Positions 16,933 through 25,376 of a stretch of 64,000 nt of DNA are shown piece after piece (within the stretch, counting starts at the first letter, position 1; each line of letters starts with the position of its first letter). Position numbers and translations under genes: made by a program. The notes under the pieces are model-generated. The model had not been told where the DNA came from, ran no database searches, and worked only from the letters and a program-made list of their open reading frames with translations. Source of the DNA: Candidatus Omnitrophota bacterium (lineage in GTDB: Bacteria; Omnitrophota; Gorgyraeia; Zapsychrales; Fredricksoniimonadaceae); the NCBI GenBank assembly GCA_903944345.1, contig CAJARJ010000021.1, positions 5,528-69,527 on the forward strand, written 5' to 3'.

Positions 16933-17355
16933 ATGAAAATAGACAAGACCAAAAGCAGGATTTTCAAGGCCCCGCGGACGCTAAAAGGATTTCTTGACGG
17001 AGAAGATGGCTATGTCAGCAAGGAAGCTATTTTGAATGTCGGATTGGCCACGATTGGCGTTTTGGGGGTGATGGGATCTTTTTCCGACCCGGCTTATGCC
17101 GCGCACAGCAATCATGGTTCGCATAGCAATGGAGCCGGGACTTTTCATGCCAATGCCTCGGCAGGGCATGTCAATACGGCTGTGGCGCATAGTAATCTGC
17201 AGCATTATGATGATTTCCCATCCGGTGGGTGCCGCGAGTTGCTGCCGGATCACAACAATATTGCTGCGGCGCATTGCAATGTTGGGGCCACGCATTCCAA
17301 CATTCCGGGCACACATGGCAACACCAGCGGGCACGCCAATCATTCCTCGTATTGA
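16933..17355 (+). CDS. His-rich precursor-like protein A2, paralog of A1
   Basis: Start placed at the ATG at 16933, which has a GAGAGGA RBS (track ORF 16819 is a spurious 5' extension overlapping A1). N-region and hydrophobic segment ILNVGLATIGVLGVMG are near-identical to A1; AYA|AHS site; core AHSNHGSHSNGAG...GGCREL...AHCN...HANHSSY with 13 His in 87 aa and 2 Cys. Confidence 0.65.
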   Translation: MKIDKTKSRIFKAPRTLKGFLDGEDGYVSKEAILNVGLATIGVLGVMGSFSDPAYAAHSNHGSHSNGAGTFHANASAGHVNTAVAHSNLQHYDDFPSGGCRELLPDHNNIAAAHCNVGATHSNIPGTHGNTSGHANHSSY

Positions 17356-17426
17356 CAAGGCGAGAGAGATTGGAGTTTTGGTCAATAAACAGGCGTATTT
17401 TTTGACCATCAGCCAAAGGTTCTCGG

Positions 17427-18398
17427 ATGGATTTTCCATATCTTGATTCTGCTGATACCCCTCAGATTGCGGCATTATGGCTCAGGAACAATTATGCGCC
17501 CGCCGTTCCTCGAACCCAATTGATCGAGCATATTCGCTGGAAATATGATTCCCGACGAGCTGTGATTTACAGCCAAAGGGAAGAGGGCCGGATTTTTGCC
17601 ACAACAGGCTACTTAAAGGGATCTTTCTGCAATGGAAACAGCATTTTTAGTATTGGTTGGGGCATGGACTCTCTGATTGATGAGCCGTTAAGAGATGGTC
17701 GTGTGTTTGCCTTTATGCGTGTATTGCGCTCTACCATGCGTTCTGCCGAGCACGAAATTCTGGTTGCTTTTGCCAACAAGAACGTTCACGACACCTATTT
17801 ACGGATTGGTTTCCAGCCTTGGAATGGTTTTTTCTTTTATCAGGCAAAGCTGCAAGCCGGGATGGTGCTGCCAGTTCGACCCGACAGGGGGTTTGATCTT
17901 TTATGGAAAGATGAGCTGGATGTGTCGGGGGCTGAAGCTCTGTTCAGGCGAACGCAGGGGTTTTATCAGGGGATCAGTCCGAGAGACAAGGAATATCTGG
18001 ACTGGCGTTATGGTCAATGTCCTTTTCGTCGGCATGTGTTTCTGCATGTTTATCGGCAAAGGGTTTTGGTTGGATATTGTGCGGTACGCTTTGTTTTGCA
18101 ACCGGAATCGCGGACAGGCTATATTGTGGATCTTCTGGATTCTCCCGACGATGATGCCGTGCTGGAGGTTATGTTGCTGGAGCTTATGGCACGTTGCCGG
18201 CAGCGAGAAATTGCGCAGATCGAAACTGTTTTGACGAATGGGCGGATTTCACAGGGACTGTTGCGTTGTGGATTTTTTCGGCAGCAGCAGGAAACTGTGT
18301 TGGTGTGGCTGAAGAGTGACCGGGCACGCAGGTTTTTTGAACAGGGTTCGACAGGCATGCATTTGACGATGAGTGACGGCGATTATGATATGGAATAA
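17427..18398 (+). CDS. Hypothetical protein, possibly a GNAT-fold / FemAB-like acyltransferase
   Basis: 323 aa. The C-terminal half has a GNAT-like topology (VGYCAVRF...GYIVDLL...LELMARCRQREIAQIE); I recognised no diagnostic motif. Confidence 0.3.
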   Translation: MDFPYLDSADTPQIAALWLRNNYAPAVPRTQLIEHIRWKYDSRRAVIYSQREEGRIFATTGYLKGSFCNGNSIFSIGWGMDSLIDEPLRDGRVFAFMRVLRSTMRSAEHEILVAFANKNVHDTYLRIGFQPWNGFFFYQAKLQAGMVLPVRPDRGFDLLWKDELDVSGAEALFRRTQGFYQGISPRDKEYLDWRYGQCPFRRHVFLHVYRQRVLVGYCAVRFVLQPESRTGYIVDLLDSPDDDAVLEVMLLELMARCRQREIAQIETVLTNGRISQGLLRCGFFRQQQETVLVWLKSDRARRFFEQGSTGMHLTMSDGDYDME

Positions 18399-19296
18399 GT
18401 TAGGTAGTGGGCAAGGTTCGCAATGGCCCCGGAAGGAGAAGAGTATGGTTGGCGTTCACCGCAAGCCGCTGGATATAGAAGAAATGATGACAACGTGCGG
18501 CGGGTTTGTACGCTATTTTGGCACCAATGAACCGGTGTCGCATATTGCCAGTGTCCTGGAGAAAACAGTATTCCGTCGGGTTTTGGCTTGCTGTGGAGGA
18601 GGGGATCAGGCTTTGACATTGCTCGGGCTGGCGGGGCGCCCTTCAGAAATTTATGCGTTTGACATGAATCTGGCGCAGCTGTTTGTTCTGGCCTGCAAGG
18701 CCCAGCTCTTCAAGGATAAGAAAATGAAGACGTATGCTCCTTCTTTCGATCGGATCAGCCGGTTGAACATGGGAAGAATTCGCGCCCTTCCTAATGATGT
18801 TCGGCCCGTGGATACGCTGCTGACTATTCCAGGAGAAAGAAAGATTGCGCTGGAACATGTTTTTGCCGGCCGGTTTGGCTACGAGGTCGACACCGGGATG
18901 CACGATTTTCTCAAGAAGAATATTTACTGGGCAGATGATGCGCGTTTTATTTCCAGGATTCGTTCCGGATTGCCGGCGCTTAAAGGAATTCATTGTGATT
19001 TGCTTTCCTTGTCGGACTGGTTTGCGCCGGATTATCTCGATGTGATATATGTGTCGGATATCCCTTTGCACAATGCTATTCCTTATTATCTGGAAAGACT
19101 GCGTTGCCTGGTGGATTGTCTGGCGCCGGGTGGATTGTTTATTGGCAATCTGGAGGATCAGGCGGTTCTGGATCGCTGCCCGTCGGTGATTGAGGTGATG
19201 CGCAGTTATAAGGATTTGTTCGGGTTAGTGGAGTTCAGGAAAACAGGACAAATTCTGGCTTTACGCAAGGTGCGGCCTGTCAGAAGTATTGGATAA
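18373..19296 (+). CDS. DUF3419 / BtaA-like class-I SAM-dependent protein (paralog of 8413..9246)
   Basis: GGFVRYF, VLACCGGGDQALTLLGLAG, AFDMNLAQLFVL and LDVIYVSDIP blocks. Confidence 0.45.
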   Translation: MTAIMIWNKLGSGQGSQWPRKEKSMVGVHRKPLDIEEMMTTCGGFVRYFGTNEPVSHIASVLEKTVFRRVLACCGGGDQALTLLGLAGRPSEIYAFDMNLAQLFVLACKAQLFKDKKMKTYAPSFDRISRLNMGRIRALPNDVRPVDTLLTIPGERKIALEHVFAGRFGYEVDTGMHDFLKKNIYWADDARFISRIRSGLPALKGIHCDLLSLSDWFAPDYLDVIYVSDIPLHNAIPYYLERLRCLVDCLAPGGLFIGNLEDQAVLDRCPSVIEVMRSYKDLFGLVEFRKTGQILALRKVRPVRSIG

Positions 19297-20668
19297 AAGA
19301 ACGATGCCCCGAGAAATTGCTGTCATTTTTTTTGCGCAGGATGACCGTGTTGTGCCGGTGGATTTGGTTGAGGCCATTGCCTGGTTGGAACAGTCGGGAA
19401 TCAGGCACAAGCTTTACATGCCGGCACGCGGGAAAAGAGGCAGCTGGCGGCAAGCTGTTGCTGAAACTTTGAGCGGAGTCCAGGCGGATGAAGTGTTTGT
19501 ATGTTTTTTGAATGAAAATCATTATCTGGCAACAGCGTCTTTACTTCAGCTGGTCTTTTGTGCAGAGTTTCTCGGGGATAGAGATATTCATGTCTGCCTG
19601 CCGGCTTTAAGTTTGTTTAGGGGGCGGCCTGCGTTGCGGGGGCGTTTTGTCTGGCACGCAAAGAAACTGACGCAGGTTCTTGGTGAACGGCTGGACGGGT
19701 TGAAAAAAGAGCGGTTATTCTCACCGGAAGTCCTTGCCGATGTCACGGTTCGTCTCGGATACAGAAGACAGATCCTTTCGGCTCTCTGGTCGCCGGGGTG
19801 CGGGCACAGCTGTTCGTTTTGTTTTTCCCGTGACAACGGAGAAATGATTGAGCCTGATGCCGGCATTCGTCAGGAAAAACTAGTTTTTCTGCTTGAGCTG
19901 GCGCGTTTAACCGAAGCAAGTTGTTTTAAATTTCGTGATCCTGACTTTCTGGGAGTTCCCGCTAACGCCTGGGAGGCGTTGCGGATTCTTGGTTCTGTCG
20001 CTCCGGGTACAGCGTTTAGATGTAACGCACGACTGGAAGACCTCAATAGAGAGGCACTTGTGCGTCTTGCGGACGCCGGATGCTCCCAGGTATTTTCCGG
20101 TGTGGAGCATGTTTCGATGCGCCTGGTGGAGGCGACAGGAAAACAGGAGAAAGTTCTCGGTCTATTAGCGGGCGTGTTGGCCCATAAACCCCGCAAGATG
20201 GATCTTGCCTTGTCTTTTCTGGCCGGCCTTCCGGGAGAGACCTTGCCGGAGGCGAAGGATAATTTGTGTTTGATCAGGAAGTTAATGAAGTTGAAGGGGG
20301 TTAAACCATATCTTGGGTATTATGTTTTGTTTGCCCAAGAGGTCCGGTCAGGGGCTTTTTTCGATCCCTTGCTGGCTTGCCTGAATTTTTCGGCGATTGT
20401 TCCCGAGGGCATGTTTCTGGATTATCAGGATTATTGTGGCCTGCTAAAGACAGTTAGAGAAGATGCTTTTTTCAGTTTTTTTGCTGCTGCCCTTAATCGA
20501 AACAGCGCTGAGGTTATTCGAATGTTGCTGCGCGAATTTAGCGCGGACGCATGCTTGTCTGAGTGCATGCCGATGGCTAGAAAACTGCTTCTGTTGCGCC
20601 CGGAGCTGGCCAATAGAATAATGAGTGAGCTTGGTGCGCCAACGTTTTTGTGCAGGGGGGCTGTGTGA
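19289..20668 (+). CDS. B12-binding-domain radical SAM protein (paralog of 9233..10660)
   Basis: PGCGHSCSFC cluster motif after a ~165-aa N-terminal domain; FKFRDPDFLG and FSGVEHVSMRL blocks shared with the paralog. Confidence 0.65.
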   Translation: MDKRTMPREIAVIFFAQDDRVVPVDLVEAIAWLEQSGIRHKLYMPARGKRGSWRQAVAETLSGVQADEVFVCFLNENHYLATASLLQLVFCAEFLGDRDIHVCLPALSLFRGRPALRGRFVWHAKKLTQVLGERLDGLKKERLFSPEVLADVTVRLGYRRQILSALWSPGCGHSCSFCFSRDNGEMIEPDAGIRQEKLVFLLELARLTEASCFKFRDPDFLGVPANAWEALRILGSVAPGTAFRCNARLEDLNREALVRLADAGCSQVFSGVEHVSMRLVEATGKQEKVLGLLAGVLAHKPRKMDLALSFLAGLPGETLPEAKDNLCLIRKLMKLKGVKPYLGYYVLFAQEVRSGAFFDPLLACLNFSAIVPEGMFLDYQDYCGLLKTVREDAFFSFFAAALNRNSAEVIRMLLREFSADACLSECMPMARKLLLLRPELANRIMSELGAPTFLCRGAV

Positions 20669-22155
20669 TCAGATTGGCTGTTGACAAAAAAGTTTCATTG
20701 TCCTCTCTGTGCCCGAAACAGGATTTTTTCGAGGTTCTCAATGGAGCCGGTATCGCGGCTTTTGATGAGCGCGGTTTTTTTAATCGTGTTTATGCGCGGG
20801 AGGCCCTGGAGCTTTATCAGCGGCACGAATTGGGGGCTCTCAGGCAGATAGCCAGCCGGGGGGCAGTGCTTGTTTGTGATGAGGTTCGACAGAGACTGTT
20901 TCTTGTGGCAGACAGCGCCGGGCATTCGACTTTTTATTATCTGTTGCGGCAGGGAGAGCTGATTTTTTCCAGTCGGCTTCAGGAACTGGATGAGTATTTT
21001 CGTTTTGACTTGAGTGAACGCTCTACCGATGAATATCTGGCCTGTGGTTTCATAAGTTCTCCGTTGACCGTTTTTGATGGTGTAGGAAAACTTCCTCCCG
21101 GAGGATATTTATTGCTTGAAAATGGCCGGGTTCAGGTTTCTGTTTGTCGAAAGACAAAGATTCCTGCCAGCGATAAAGTATCGGATAACTATCAACGAGA
21201 GCTTGAGGCTGCTTTTGAGAGTTGCCTGGCTCGAACGGCGGATGCTCCGTCCGGGTTGATGCTCAGCGGTGGTTACGATTCTTCTCTTTTAGGGGAGCTT
21301 CTATTGCGCCGTTACGGTCGGCTGCGGACCTGGGTCGTTGATATGATGGGGTATAATGCGGCAACTGTCCGTCAAGCCCAGGAAATGTCGCGCATTCTGG
21401 GGACAGACCATTCTTGTATTCCGGTGAGTGCCCGTGATTATATGGGATATTTCAGAAAGGCGCTCGGATTGGTTGAGGAACCGCTGCTTGACCTGGATTT
21501 TCCGGTTATTCGTCAGGCGGTGCTGGCGATAGGGAACAAGGCCCAATATGTTTGGCATGGATTTGGCAGTGACGAGGTTTTGGGAGAAAGGGTTATTGAT
21601 TTCAAGGGGGCGCTTACTCTTTTTGCCGCACAAAAAGGGAGGTCATCCTGGAAAGGGAAGATATCTGTGCGTCAGATCGGGCAGGCTTTTCTTGCCACCA
21701 AAGTTCCCCAGGAATTGCGGGCGCATTATCGTTTATGCGAAGCAAGCGGAACTTGCCTGGTTTTTCCGTTTTTTGAACCGGAACTGATTAGTGTGGCAGC
21801 CCGGATGCCAATTAATCTGATGAAAAATAAACGGCTTCTACGAGGGATGTCTTCCCGTCTTCATCAGCTTCTGCCTGTGCAGCCAAGAGAGGAGCGGGGG
21901 CAGATGCCGGCGCTGATCAAGCATGTGCTGATTGAAGGGCACAAGGAGTCCTTGCTGGCGGACAGTTTTCTGGCAGTTTTTATAAAGAAGAACGGCGCTT
22001 CTGCAATTTTTGAGCGCAAGAGTGAAGATTTGCTTTTACGGATGATAGTTTTTCTTGTCTGGAAGCAGGAAAGAGATCGTCGCTTGTCGCTGGTTTTTTT
22101 TGACCCGCGGAGTTCGGGGGCCAGCAGGGGAGAAATAAGTGTTGCCCGCGATTGA
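20650..22155 (+). CDS. Asparagine synthetase (AsnB)-like amidotransferase homolog, full length
   Basis: 501 aa; PP-loop LMLSGGYDSSLLGELL at ~residue 205; HGFGSDEVLGE block. The N-terminus MQGGC is not a canonical Cys-2 Ntn glutaminase start, so it may be a non-glutaminase family member as in lasso-peptide-cyclase-type AsnB homologs. Confidence 0.6.
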   Translation: MQGGCVIRLAVDKKVSLSSLCPKQDFFEVLNGAGIAAFDERGFFNRVYAREALELYQRHELGALRQIASRGAVLVCDEVRQRLFLVADSAGHSTFYYLLRQGELIFSSRLQELDEYFRFDLSERSTDEYLACGFISSPLTVFDGVGKLPPGGYLLLENGRVQVSVCRKTKIPASDKVSDNYQRELEAAFESCLARTADAPSGLMLSGGYDSSLLGELLLRRYGRLRTWVVDMMGYNAATVRQAQEMSRILGTDHSCIPVSARDYMGYFRKALGLVEEPLLDLDFPVIRQAVLAIGNKAQYVWHGFGSDEVLGERVIDFKGALTLFAAQKGRSSWKGKISVRQIGQAFLATKVPQELRAHYRLCEASGTCLVFPFFEPELISVAARMPINLMKNKRLLRGMSSRLHQLLPVQPREERGQMPALIKHVLIEGHKESLLADSFLAVFIKKNGASAIFERKSEDLLLRMIVFLVWKQERDRRLSLVFFDPRSSGASRGEISVARD

Positions 22156-23152
22156 TCATGTCTGGATATTCATTACCGGCCGGTGTAATGTGCGTTGTGA
22201 GCATTGTTTTTTTGCACACAAATCGGAGCGCCTGCGTTTGTCAAGTCGTTCGCAGGACGCTCTGTTTCGCTTTCTGTCTGCTGCCGGCAAGAAACAATTC
22301 ATTATCTCGGGAGGTGAGCCGTTTATGGTATGGCCGGCCACACGCGCGCTGCTACTGCGGATCAGGCAGGCGTATCCGCAGGCGTATTTGTCTGTCCAGT
22401 CTAACGGGTTAATGATGAAGCCGGGACATTTGGTTACGCTTAAATCAATGCGGGCGAATCTGGAGCTTGGCATAGATGGTGATGAGGCGGCGGTGGCCGC
22501 CAGTCGGCGGGGGTTGCCGAGGGGCGGCTTTCAGAGGTTATGCGCATCTTTGTCAGCTGCGCGGACGGCAGGGGTTGGTCTGAGCACAACCATGACAGTC
22601 ACTCCGCAAAATGTGGCGAATTTATCGGATAATTTTATGGCGTTGCTTGGCTTGCGCGCGCGCGCGATTGAGATTCATCCGGCTTTTATGGCGCAGTGGC
22701 GGCGGGCAGAAAGCAGGCTTTTTTTGCAGGGATACCGTCGCGCCCTTGCCAGCGAACTACGAATGGGAGAGCGGGGACTGATTAGCAGGGAATACAGCCT
22801 GCCAGCCAAAGGGGTTTGGGATATGGTTATTCTTCCTGACGGGAAGGTGCTTGCGAACTGGACCTTTTTGTCATTCCCGGAGCATGTGCGTGAACAATTT
22901 GTGGTGATGGATTTATCAAAGAGGGATGGAGAATTCTTGCCGGCGGCGAAGAGCTATTTTTCCGCCTTGCGCAAGTTTCTCGGGCAAGGTTCTGCTCCGG
23001 TTTCGTATCGCCGTTTAAGTAATTTTAATGCCTCTCTGGCCATTTCTGCCTGGGGGAATCCGCAGTCCGGACGATGTTTTAAGGAGTATGTCCGCTTGTG
23101 CGATGAGATTGAGCAGATTGATCTTGCAACCATAAGGAGACGGCCCGCATGA
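22139..23152 (+). CDS. Radical SAM protein (paralog of 5995..6996)
   Basis: ITGRCNVRCEHC cluster motif; SGGEPFM and LSVQSNGL blocks. Confidence 0.8.
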   Translation: MLPAIDHVWIFITGRCNVRCEHCFFAHKSERLRLSSRSQDALFRFLSAAGKKQFIISGGEPFMVWPATRALLLRIRQAYPQAYLSVQSNGLMMKPGHLVTLKSMRANLELGIDGDEAAVAASRRGLPRGGFQRLCASLSAARTAGVGLSTTMTVTPQNVANLSDNFMALLGLRARAIEIHPAFMAQWRRAESRLFLQGYRRALASELRMGERGLISREYSLPAKGVWDMVILPDGKVLANWTFLSFPEHVREQFVVMDLSKRDGEFLPAAKSYFSALRKFLGQGSAPVSYRRLSNFNASLAISAWGNPQSGRCFKEYVRLCDEIEQIDLATIRRRPA

Positions 23153-24261
23153 TTCGCTATGAGAGTGTGTTTGTGGAGCAGGTTCTGGCTAAAGAGTACG
23201 CAGTGCTGATGCAGGCACTTCTTAAGAATATACAAGGGTTAAACGATATAAAACCTCTTATTCGGGATTTCGAGCAGGAGTTTGCGCAATATATCGGCGT
23301 CAGGCATGCTCTGGCCATCAATTCAGGAAGCGATGGTTTGCGTCTGGTTTTACGGGCGGCCGGAGTGCGTCCGGGTGACGAGGTGATTATTCCCGATCTG
23401 ACCTATCAGGCGGTGGCCCTGGCCGTGGTTTACAGTGGTGCCCGTCCGGTCATAGCGGATGCGTGCTCAGACGATCTAAATATTAGTGCCGCAGATGTGG
23501 AGAGACTTGTAACGCCTCGCACGCGGGCGATTATTGCAGCACATATGTTTGGCCGGGCCTGCAATCTGGACGCTTTACAGGACATTTGTCGCCGCCGGGG
23601 GATTGTTTTGATCGAGGATGTGTGTCAGGCGGAAAGTTCGACTTATAGAGGCAAGATGTTGGGGAGTTTTGGTGAGTTGGCAGTTTTTTCGTTCTCCTAT
23701 TACAAGCCGTTGTCCTCCTGTGGAGGCGGTGGCGGAATGGTGGCGTTTAACCGGGAGGAATTTGGTTCGATTGCAGACTGGCAGAATGACTGGCAGGACA
23801 AGCCGGAGTTGTTGACTAACGGGCAGCGTTTTGCGCCGCTGTCCTTTATGGATCTGGTGGTGCTCAAAGTCAAGTTTTCCCATCTGAAAAAGATTGTCGA
23901 TTCGCGCAAGAAAATCAAGGGGATTTACGAGCGAACCTTGAAAGATGTTCCAGGGCTGGAGCTGTATATTGATCCTCCCGCGACGGATTCGGTTCCGCAA
24001 AACTTTGTAATTGCTTGCGAATGCCGTGATGAGCTTATGCGTTATCTTTTTGCGAAGGATATTATGGTGCAAAAACCGTATATTCCTTTGCATCTTATGT
24101 CAGCCTACCGGACTTTTTCAGGCTCGGATTATCCGGTCAGTGACAGGTATTATCAGAGGGCGCTGCACCTTCCATTGTATTCGTTCATGAGCGAGGAGAA
24201 AGCGCTGCGGGTGGTGGCTGTCTGTCGGGCGTTTTTTGGCGCAAAGGCTGGTCAGAAATGA
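23149..24261 (+). CDS. DegT/DnrJ/EryC1/StrS-family PLP-dependent aminotransferase
   Basis: FSFSYYKPLSSCGGGGGMV block, the family's SFHxxKxxxxGEGG-like PLP-lysine region; N-terminal LAINSGSDGL; overall length and order of motifs match the family. Confidence 0.7.
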   Translation: MIRYESVFVEQVLAKEYAVLMQALLKNIQGLNDIKPLIRDFEQEFAQYIGVRHALAINSGSDGLRLVLRAAGVRPGDEVIIPDLTYQAVALAVVYSGARPVIADACSDDLNISAADVERLVTPRTRAIIAAHMFGRACNLDALQDICRRRGIVLIEDVCQAESSTYRGKMLGSFGELAVFSFSYYKPLSSCGGGGGMVAFNREEFGSIADWQNDWQDKPELLTNGQRFAPLSFMDLVVLKVKFSHLKKIVDSRKKIKGIYERTLKDVPGLELYIDPPATDSVPQNFVIACECRDELMRYLFAKDIMVQKPYIPLHLMSAYRTFSGSDYPVSDRYYQRALHLPLYSFMSEEKALRVVAVCRAFFGAKAGQK

Positions 24262-25376
24262 AGGATTTGCGGGGACGGGATCTGTTGCGGTTACGGGGGG
24301 TGGCGGCGGGACACCCCTTGATCGGTCCACGTTCGGTTAACATTCATTTGACCAATGTTTGCAATCTTGCCTGTCGTTTTTGCTGGTACCATTCTCCTTT
24401 GGTGACTTTTGAGGAGAAAAAGCAAGAGCTGGACATTGCGGTGTTCAAGCGGGTTATTGATGACTGTGCCGCCATGTCAGTAGACGCCGTTGATCTGGAG
24501 GGAGGGGAAGTGGTTTGCTATTCACACGCTGAGGAGGCTTTCCGCTATGCCTCCCGGTCAGGGGTAGCTTTGCATGCCTATACCAATCTCGCCTATGGAC
24601 GCAGGCCCTTGGCTTATATCGCGCTGGCGGATCGATTGAATGTTAATTTCTCAGCGGTGAATCGCGAGTCTTATCGGAAGATGCACGGCGCGGATCATTT
24701 TGATCAGGTGGTGGAGAATATTCGCATCTTGACAAGTCTGCATGCCAAAAAGAAGAAGCCGCGTATCTGGTTGACATTTATTATTAACGAAAATAATTTC
24801 CGGGATATCGAACTTTTTCTGGCTTTGGCGGACAGACTGGGTGTGGAGCATGTATTTTTTCGTCTGTTTGAGGCTACGCTTGAGATGAAATCCCTGGTGT
24901 TCAGCAAAGCATCGGCGCGGGAGTTGGGACCGCTGCTGCTTCGTCTTCTGGGGAGTTCATATAAAATTCCCAATAATCTGGCAGAAATCTCTGCAGTAGT
25001 CAACAATGGGCAGTTTCTGAAAAATATTGTCGATATTCCGCGAACGGCACATAATAACGACCGTTTCTTTTATTATCATAACCTGCGTTCTGCCACCACG
25101 CGCTGTTATACAGGCTGGTTTTTCTCTCTTATAGACGAAAAGGGTCGGGTGATTGCTCCCTGCGACAACATAGGCGTTTGTATTGCGGGTAATGTTTATA
25201 AGGATTCGTTTAGGGATATCTGGTATTCTTCTGAAAAATTCTGCCGTATTCGTCAGGAAGCCCTGCACTGTATTGATACCCGTAAGCGCAAATGGAAAGA
25301 ATGCCGTTATTGCGGTCACGCCGTGTTTAATCAGGAGATGGATGACTTTATTGCGCAAAGAAGGGGCACGTCATGA
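24258..25376 (+). CDS. Radical SAM / SPASM-domain protein
   Basis: HLTNVCNLACRFCWY; C-terminal CYTGWFF...APCDN...CIAGN...CRYCGH Cys pattern. Overlaps its neighbours by 4 nt. Confidence 0.8.
   Translation: MKDLRGRDLLRLRGVAAGHPLIGPRSVNIHLTNVCNLACRFCWYHSPLVTFEEKKQELDIAVFKRVIDDCAAMSVDAVDLEGGEVVCYSHAEEAFRYASRSGVALHAYTNLAYGRRPLAYIALADRLNVNFSAVNRESYRKMHGADHFDQVVENIRILTSLHAKKKKPRIWLTFIINENNFRDIELFLALADRLGVEHVFFRLFEATLEMKSLVFSKASARELGPLLLRLLGSSYKIPNNLAEISAVVNNGQFLKNIVDIPRTAHNNDRFFYYHNLRSATTRCYTGWFFSLIDEKGRVIAPCDNIGVCIAGNVYKDSFRDIWYSSEKFCRIRQEALHCIDTRKRKWKECRYCGHAVFNQEMDDFIAQRRGTS

Noticed and set aside
16485-17355. A1/A2 as bona fide type IV pilins
   Set aside because: Not fully rejected, but disfavoured. 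No prepilin peptidase or pilus assembly/ATPase genes are in the window. Both proteins also have canonical AxA signal-peptidase-I sites after the hydrophobic segment, and their flanks are rSAM maturases. Kept as an alternative in the findings.
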